Source: Pontiella sp.
GTDB lineage: Bacteria; Verrucomicrobiota; Kiritimatiellia; Kiritimatiellales; Pontiellaceae
Assembly (NCBI GenBank): GCA_050290185.1
Contig: JBNKHE010000004.1
Span: 1 to 64,000 of the forward strand
DNA: 64,000 nt
Direction: 5' to 3'
The notes under the pieces were generated by a model, which was given only the letters and a program-made list of their open reading frames with translations, did not search any database and was not told the origin of the DNA. Shown here piece by piece: positions 58,076 to 64,000 of this stretch (positions are counted from its first letter, which is position 1; each line of letters begins with the position of its first letter). The translations under genes were made by a program, and so were the position numbers.

Positions 58076-60142
58076 TTAATTGCCCTCGATTTTGAAGAAT
58101 GCCTGGCTTGATCCCGCAGGTACCGTCGCCATGGAGGACGCGCCCGCCCCCGGGACATTGGTCACCGCAGTCCATGTGCCGCCGGAAAGATTCGGCTTGC
58201 CCAGAATGCTGTAGTTCACGCCGAGTTCGGATTCCCACGTCAATGTGGCCGAACCGCCTGCAACGGCGAACGATATGATATTGGGAGTAACCACCGAGCC
58301 CGTCGCACGAAGGACATAGGCGTTGATACCGACCGGAAAGTTCGCTCCGCCGGACGTGTTTTGGATGTAGACATCCTGATAGCCTTTACTGCCGGCGGTG
58401 AATGTTCCGACGATGTACGTGCTGTTCTCCGCCGCCACGGCATCGCTGGGAATATACCCCACCGTATTGTCATGATAGACTTGGCTGCGGCCGGCGCTCG
58501 CGGGACGGTCATCGGAATAGAAGATCTGGATCTGGTATTGCCGACCTTCTTCCAGCGGCGCACCGTCAACTCCGGTAAATCGAAGAACCATGTCCGAGGC
58601 ACCGGGAGCCGGGCCGGGATCTCCGTCTTCCCAGGCAGAGCCGTCCAGCACCGCCTCGAACGCGGCGGAGACCGTGGCGCTCGAAGAGTCGAACAACCCG
58701 GCATTGACCTGCCGTCCGCCGGATCCGGCAATCACCCGGGCCTCTTCGCCCGCCAAAAGATCCCCCATGGCATCCTGCGACTGGCGGTTCTCGAATACGA
58801 TGACTTCGGCTCCGTTGGTCACGGAGATAGTCGCGTTGTCGGACCGGAAGTTTCCGGCGTGAAGAAGCGATCCCGACTGCAGAATATCCGCATCGTTCGT
58901 AACGCTTACCGGAGTCGACCACGTGATTTGAACCTGCGAATAGGGATCGTTCGGGTCGGTCGGGTCCGTGTCGTTCAGGAACTCGTCGATATCGAGGACG
59001 GTGTCGTTATCAAAATCCTCCGATCCGCTGCCTGCGGTGAAGGTAATGTTGGTGAAGAAATGGATCTCCCAGGCATCGACGATGCTGTCTGAATCGGCAT
59101 CCGGCCCCAACAGGCGATCGGTTGGATCCGTATCTGCGGTTTCTTCTTCCTCGTTGGTGGCATAGTCGCCATCATAGTCGCCGTCTCCGGTTTGGACGAG
59201 ATTACCGAAGTGGTTTGTTTCCCAGCTGTCCAGCAGACCGTCTGCATCCGTATCAATCGGAGTCGAAAGGTTGTTCGTCGGATTCGATCCTCCATTGAAT
59301 TCCGCCAGGTTGTCGTAGGTATCGTTGTCCGGATCGCCTGAAGCCCCGTTGTCGGGATTAATCGTCCCGTTGTCGTTGTCATCCAGTCCATACTGCAACT
59401 CCCAAGCTCCCGGCAACCCATCGCCGTCATTGTCCGCTGCGGAACCAATCCTGAAAAGGGCATAGGCGGCCAGGGTGGTGTCGTCGTTGCCGATTCCGTC
59501 GGTTTCCTTGATGAAGATGTCCTGATAGGTGGCATCCGCCGTAAAGGTCCCGATCACCATGATCGCATTGGTTGTACTGAATGAATCCGAGATTCCATTG
59601 GTGAAGGTTCCACCTGAAAAACCGCCCGAATACGCCTGGGCACGGGTTTGCGAATCGCCACTTCTCTGGTCGACCGCAAACAACGAAATCGAATAGGGCT
59701 GCCCGATGGTGAGATTGGCGACACGAAGCGTCAGGGGGCGAGTTGCATCGCTCGGGTTGTTATGCCACGCGTTTCCGCGCAAGGTGTCGCCCCACTCCAC
59801 GGCATCCGTTGCGTTTGTAAAGATGCTGGCGTTCCACTGGGAACCGCCGTTATAGAATCCGCTCGTGGAACTTGCGGCTGTAGGCATATCCAGATCGCCA
59901 AGGGACGAGGGCATCGCTGCGAACGTGATGTTGCTGCCACCCGCCGTGGTAAACGTTTTCGCAGAGCCGTCTCCTACGTTCCCGGCCTCAACGAAGATGG
60001 CCGTCGGGGTGTTGAATTGAATATCCAGCACCGAGGTGTTTGTCGCCACAACCGGCGTATCAAACGTTACCGTTGCTGCCTGGAGCGACACCGATAGCAT
60101 TACCGGTGCTGCCAGCCATATGGTTTTCCAGCATCTTTTCAT
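58076..60142 (-). CDS. secreted protein with Asp-rich Ca-binding (TSP3-like) repeats and C-terminal FFKI domain
   Basis: Signal peptide; three D.D.DG/S..D/G.WE...EF/EE...T.PT units. Confidence 0.8.
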   Translation of the reverse strand: MKRCWKTIWLAAPVMLSVSLQAATVTFDTPVVATNTSVLDIQFNTPTAIFVEAGNVGDGSAKTFTTAGGSNITFAAMPSSLGDLDMPTAASSTSGFYNGGSQWNASIFTNATDAVEWGDTLRGNAWHNNPSDATRPLTLRVANLTIGQPYSISLFAVDQRSGDSQTRAQAYSGGFSGGTFTNGISDSFSTTNAIMVIGTFTADATYQDIFIKETDGIGNDDTTLAAYALFRIGSAADNDGDGLPGAWELQYGLDDNDNGTINPDNGASGDPDNDTYDNLAEFNGGSNPTNNLSTPIDTDADGLLDSWETNHFGNLVQTGDGDYDGDYATNEEEETADTDPTDRLLGPDADSDSIVDAWEIHFFTNITFTAGSGSEDFDNDTVLDIDEFLNDTDPTDPNDPYSQVQITWSTPVSVTNDADILQSGSLLHAGNFRSDNATISVTNGAEVIVFENRQSQDAMGDLLAGEEARVIAGSGGRQVNAGLFDSSSATVSAAFEAVLDGSAWEDGDPGPAPGASDMVLRFTGVDGAPLEEGRQYQIQIFYSDDRPASAGRSQVYHDNTVGYIPSDAVAAENSTYIVGTFTAGSKGYQDVYIQNTSGGANFPVGINAYVLRATGSVVTPNIISFAVAGGSATLTWESELGVNYSILGKPNLSGGTWTAVTNVPGAGASSMATVPAGSSQAFFKIEGN

Positions 60143-60314
60143 TCCACTCTCTCCTCTTCAGCATTCGATTATTTCGACTCGCCCGCCCATCGGGAAAGAC
60201 CGATTCTGTTTGGTAAAACCAACCCCAATGCCACACAGCAAAACCCCACACCACCCCGATGCGAACATGAACACGTGAATACCTGGAAACTTCTCCCTCT
60301 ATTAACGCAAACGG

Positions 60315-60432
60315 AAACCGGCCCGTTGTTCCGACAGATATTTCTAAAAAAATGACACGGGATTTTCGCGCGAGGTCCAGAAGGAAGAAAAAATGCCCCG
60401 CAATACAAGCGGAACGACGGTGATAGAGCTAC
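60315..60432 (-). promoter_or_regulatory. duplicated upstream/promoter block, copy 2
   Basis: Matches 57758-57875. Confidence 0.75.
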
Positions 60433-60525
60433 GCATCCGTTGCTACTTCCGTTTCTACAGGTATTTAGGAAATAGATGCAGCATTTCCAAAAGCGACGAC
60501 CCGACCGAAGGATAAATTCAGGCGG

Positions 60526-60870
60526 CTATTCCTGAATCAGGGATGTGGCTTCATTGAGCAAAAGGTAGACCAGAACCCAATCGATCCAGACTCCCGCTGC
60601 GTAGTTCGAAACCTCGATTTGCCCCAATCCATCTAGAAACTGGGCTTTGACCAACGCCCGGCCTTGGGACAAATGGGCTTGGGCTTCGGCAGGTTGATCA
60701 AGCTGGGCGCAAGCCATCGCGAGCATGATATGGCTTATCGCAATCCGAGTTCGGGAAGACTCCAAATAATTCAGGCTTTTCCGAGCCCAGACTTCCGCAT
60801 CACGGAAATCGCCCCGCCTATATTCGTAGCTGGGCAAGGACAACATCCACCAGGAGGTGCCGACCTCCAT
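60526..60870 (-). pseudogene. TPR-like fragment resembling the C-terminus of PVC Ser/Thr kinases
   Basis: YEYRRGDF..A...MLAMA..QL....EA...L...W.DW....LLL.EA pattern; no kinase domain present. Confidence 0.45.
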
Positions 60871-60902
60871 GGGGATGTGTCCTCAATCACAAATCATTCC
60901 AA

Positions 60903-63900
60903 TCAGGGTCCGGCCGGGCGCGACACCTGCAGCCGCATAAAGCCGGATGTGCTCGTCGACAGGGAGTTGGTATCCTCAACCGTAACCGATCCCGGAATGT
61001 TTTCCGCACCGGTACTGCTCCAGATCCGGCTCCATGTGTTTGTCAGGTCGGAGGTGCAATCGACCCCATAGAACAGGGAAGGATCGCCAATTCGATCAAA
61101 GGTGATGGTGAATTTCAGTGCATTCGAACTGGTACCTGTGGCACAGAACGGAAGGGAGTCGGCATTTAGCGGATCCCGGCCCGTCGCGTATTCCAAAAGG
61201 TTATCGCCACCGTCATGATCGGGATCGGCGGAATCGGCGGCGGAATCCACCGCCTGCGAGGTTCCGAAATTCGCCAGTCGCCAGACTTCGATCAGCGTAT
61301 GGGCCGTGGCGCTTGCGATGGCGGAGTCGCGGCTGTTTCCATAGGTATTCACCGCACGAACGGTGTAGAAGGAAGTTTCCCCGGGAGCGGCGTTGGTATC
61401 GGTATATCCGGAACCGCTGATTCCTGATGCGACAAGACTGAATATCCCGGTGACGGAATCCGACCGCCAGATCTCATAGGTGTCGGCCGATTGGACCGCA
61501 GTCCAGTTCAACTGTATGCCGCCGCCGGCAGCCGCAGTCGCGGAAAGGTCGACCGGCGTAAGCGAAGCAGCCGAAACCACAACATTGCTGAAGACCGCAT
61601 CGCAGAGGCTGCCGTCGTCATGGCTCGACACGGCCAAACCTACAAAGACCCCGGCCGACATGGGGATCTCGACACTGCCGAATGCAGTCCACGGTCCGGC
61701 GGCGGAATCCCCATAGTAGGAGGTAAAGGTGTTGCCCGATCGGTTCAGGCGCAACCAGCGCGGTGTCGCGGCACCGCCGGCAGTCCCGTCATAGTTCGTG
61801 CTCACACTTCCTGTCGCCGTCCGGGATTGCATCAGATTCACGCCGTTCGTCGTCATGAGATTCATCGCGAAACTGCTGTTGGGATTAATCCCTTCTCGAA
61901 TCATGAGGCCCGCCTTGGCAGCGCTATTGGTGGGGTTCATGCCGACCAGTTGTGCAACAATATCGCAATCGCCGAACACGCCCTGCCAAGCGAAACGGAA
62001 CGCATCGCTGGATTCTTCGATACCAGTCCCGGATCCGCCAAGCGTGATGGTATCGACCGAATTGGAAAAACTTCCTGGTATGGCGACATCGCCGATGTCT
62101 TCGCTTTGCCATCCCGAAAGGTAGGCGGACGACAGCGGCTGCAGGATGCCCGCGAATCCCCCGGTCGCGTTCATCGGCACGGTATACACATCGTCGGCTC
62201 TCACGAGGCGGGTTCCGACGAGAAGATCGGTGGCCGCCGCTCCCGGTAGCGGACTGTCGGCATACTCGAGCAACGCCCACTCGCCGCTTCCAAGAAAATC
62301 AAAGGGCAGGTCCAGACTTCCCTCCACCGACTTTCCGATCACCCCTACCCTCCAGGAATTTCCGGATCTTCTCGCAACGGCTACGTTGCCTTCGAACGAA
62401 GCCGAAAGCACGGCGGAATCGTCCCAGACCGTCGGGAACGAACGATAGAAATCAAGGCCGGGTTGTCCGTAATAATTCCCAGGGCTGTCGCAAAAGACTG
62501 TGAGCGGACTGGGGTAAACCACGGGCAAGGCCAGCTCTCTTGCACGGGTATTCATCACCTGCGCCGGCCAGGTCGCGGAAAAGTCCGCGGGATGGCGGTT
62601 CAAAAAGCCGCCTGGCGTGTAATCCATCGGCCCGAGGGTTGCCCGGGTCAATGCCAGACTGGCCTGATGGTCGGACGTGATCGATCCATCAAGCTTGTTG
62701 TACTCGTTGCCGCGGATCCCTTCCTGCGTGATGAAGTTCGGCCACGTGCGGGCCAGACCGGTGGGATGGTAGACCCCGTGGCAGTCGACCAGCAGCTGGC
62801 GCGCCGCCGCCTCTTCCACCAGCGTATTTACATATTGGACGGTCTCCTGGGACTGGCTATCGAAGAAGTCCACTTTGACGCCTGCAAAGCCGTAGTTCTG
62901 GATGAGGTCGAGCGTGCTTACGACACCACGGTTTTTGACATCGGTGGAGTGCAGCCAGATAATAAGCTTCACGCCCTTGGAGTTGGCATAGGAAATCAGT
63001 TCAGGAATGTCGACGAAAGGCGAGACCTGGTCAAAGTCCCCATTCAAATACCAGTCCCAATCCATCACCTGATACTTCCAGCCCATCTCCGCTGCCAAAT
63101 CGATATAATCCTTGTGTGACTGAGTAGTGCCCCGGGCCTGAGTCCCGGTGTAGGTCGGATCGTAAGGATTCACGCCGGTCCACCAGACATCCCACGCCGA
63201 AGCACCGGGCTCGATCCACGAGGTATCCGCGATCTCCGAAGGCGCGGCCAGCGTTGCCACGAGATCGTTTTCCATCAGATCCGCCGGCTTCCGTGCCAGC
63301 ATAAGCACGCGCCAGGGGCTGTTGCGCGGCGCCGTCGACACCACCTGGCCGTTGCCATCGGAGCGTTTCGACACATTCGCCTGAGCCCACGTGCTGCCGC
63401 TTCCCTGAAGGCACATGCCGCTCCAGTCCCGCAGGTCCGATTCGGTCACGGAAACAATCGCGTTGGACGGCCCCGCTTCGACGAGAAGAGGCACCACCCC
63501 ATTGTAGCCCGATGGCAGATCGCTCAGCACCTGCGGGTTGTAGACACTTTCATCGGTGATGTGGGGGCTGCCAATCCGGCAGTCCCAATCGGAAGCGAAA
63601 TGGAACTGGGAGAGTTCGTTGACGACCGTGAAGGTCCCCATTCCGGACGCTTCCGGAATCTCGTAGCGGAAGGCCACCCCGTTGTTGTAGGCGCGAACAT
63701 AGAGTCCGAAGGTTTTCCCATCGAACGACGAGAGAACAAAGTGCCCCTCGGTACATCCTCCCGACACCTCGCGGCGCGGCCCAAAGAGATTCTCCCACGA
63801 GTCGTCGATGTTGGTGTACGTTGCATCCATGATGGTCGTTCCCGGCCCGAGCAGCGTCCCGTTGCCGAATGCGAGTCCCAGCGCCGAACGTGCAACCACC

Positions 63901-64000
63901 GTATTCCCATCCATGGCCACTTCATACGAGAGCCTACCCTCGTCCGACAGGGTGACGGCCACCTGTCCATCGGGTGAGGTCAGATACCCGGTCGTGCCCG
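60903..64000 (-). CDS. GH97 glycoside hydrolase, multidomain, 5' end outside the window
   Basis: SPDG N-terminal motif in frame at the window edge; RAYNNGVAFRY, SPWRV, SWIEPG..AW.WW, GVKVDF, RTWPN...EG.RG.E, GPMDYTPG. Confidence 0.9.
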   Translation of the reverse strand, partial: GTTGYLTSPDGQVAVTLSDEGRLSYEVAMDGNTVVARSALGLAFGNGTLLGPGTTIMDATYTNIDDSWENLFGPRREVSGGCTEGHFVLSSFDGKTFGLYVRAYNNGVAFRYEIPEASGMGTFTVVNELSQFHFASDWDCRIGSPHITDESVYNPQVLSDLPSGYNGVVPLLVEAGPSNAIVSVTESDLRDWSGMCLQGSGSTWAQANVSKRSDGNGQVVSTAPRNSPWRVLMLARKPADLMENDLVATLAAPSEIADTSWIEPGASAWDVWWTGVNPYDPTYTGTQARGTTQSHKDYIDLAAEMGWKYQVMDWDWYLNGDFDQVSPFVDIPELISYANSKGVKLIIWLHSTDVKNRGVVSTLDLIQNYGFAGVKVDFFDSQSQETVQYVNTLVEEAAARQLLVDCHGVYHPTGLARTWPNFITQEGIRGNEYNKLDGSITSDHQASLALTRATLGPMDYTPGGFLNRHPADFSATWPAQVMNTRARELALPVVYPSPLTVFCDSPGNYYGQPGLDFYRSFPTVWDDSAVLSASFEGNVAVARRSGNSWRVGVIGKSVEGSLDLPFDFLGSGEWALLEYADSPLPGAAATDLLVGTRLVRADDVYTVPMNATGGFAGILQPLSSAYLSGWQSEDIGDVAIPGSFSNSVDTITLGGSGTGIEESSDAFRFAWQGVFGDCDIVAQLVGMNPTNSAAKAGLMIREGINPNSSFAMNLMTTNGVNLMQSRTATGSVSTNYDGTAGGAATPRWLRLNRSGNTFTSYYGDSAAGPWTAFGSVEIPMSAGVFVGLAVSSHDDGSLCDAVFSNVVVSAASLTPVDLSATAAAGGGIQLNWTAVQSADTYEIWRSDSVTGIFSLVASGISGSGYTDTNAAPGETSFYTVRAVNTYGNSRDSAIASATAHTLIEVWRLANFGTSQAVDSAADSADPDHDGGDNLLEYATGRDPLNADSLPFCATGTSSNALKFTITFDRIGDPSLFYGVDCTSDLTNTWSRIWSSTGAENIPGSVTVEDTNSLSTSTSGFMRLQVSRPAGP

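Overview
This 64-kb bacterial window looks like Kiritimatiellota/Verrucomicrobia (Pontiella-like). That assignment is an inference from the PEP-CTERM proteins, LacI regulators and large secreted glycan enzymes. 0-17 kb holds housekeeping and accessory genes: an uncharacterised alpha/beta-hydrolase-lipoprotein operon, msrC, an HPr-family protein, miaE and aguAB. 17-28 kb holds a hydroxyproline catabolic cluster running directly into two beta-L-arabinofuranosidase (GH127/GH146-type) genes. 28-39 kb is an accessory/defence-like island. It contains an AbiE type IV toxin-antitoxin pair and a beta-helix secreted protein enclosed by a ~280-bp direct repeat of the GH127 3' end. An AT-rich operon follows: WYL regulator, YdjM-type membrane hydrolase, a 50-aa Pro-rich peptide ending GGGRDVG, an E2-E1 fusion and a JAB protease. 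This operon is the best candidate for an undescribed system: a complete ubiquitin-like conjugation machinery with no CD-NTase or beta-grasp Ubl, whose only apparent modifier is a disordered peptide ending in Gly. 39-64 kb is a glycan-utilisation region (alginate-lyase-like protein, two GH29, GH97, PEP-CTERM proteins, a tandem double LacI with a candidate operator) interrupted by hipBA. A mosaic family of intergenic repeats marks the cassette boundaries. No rRNA, tRNA, CRISPR array, integrase or intact transposase was seen. All assignments come from motif recognition by eye, without database searches.
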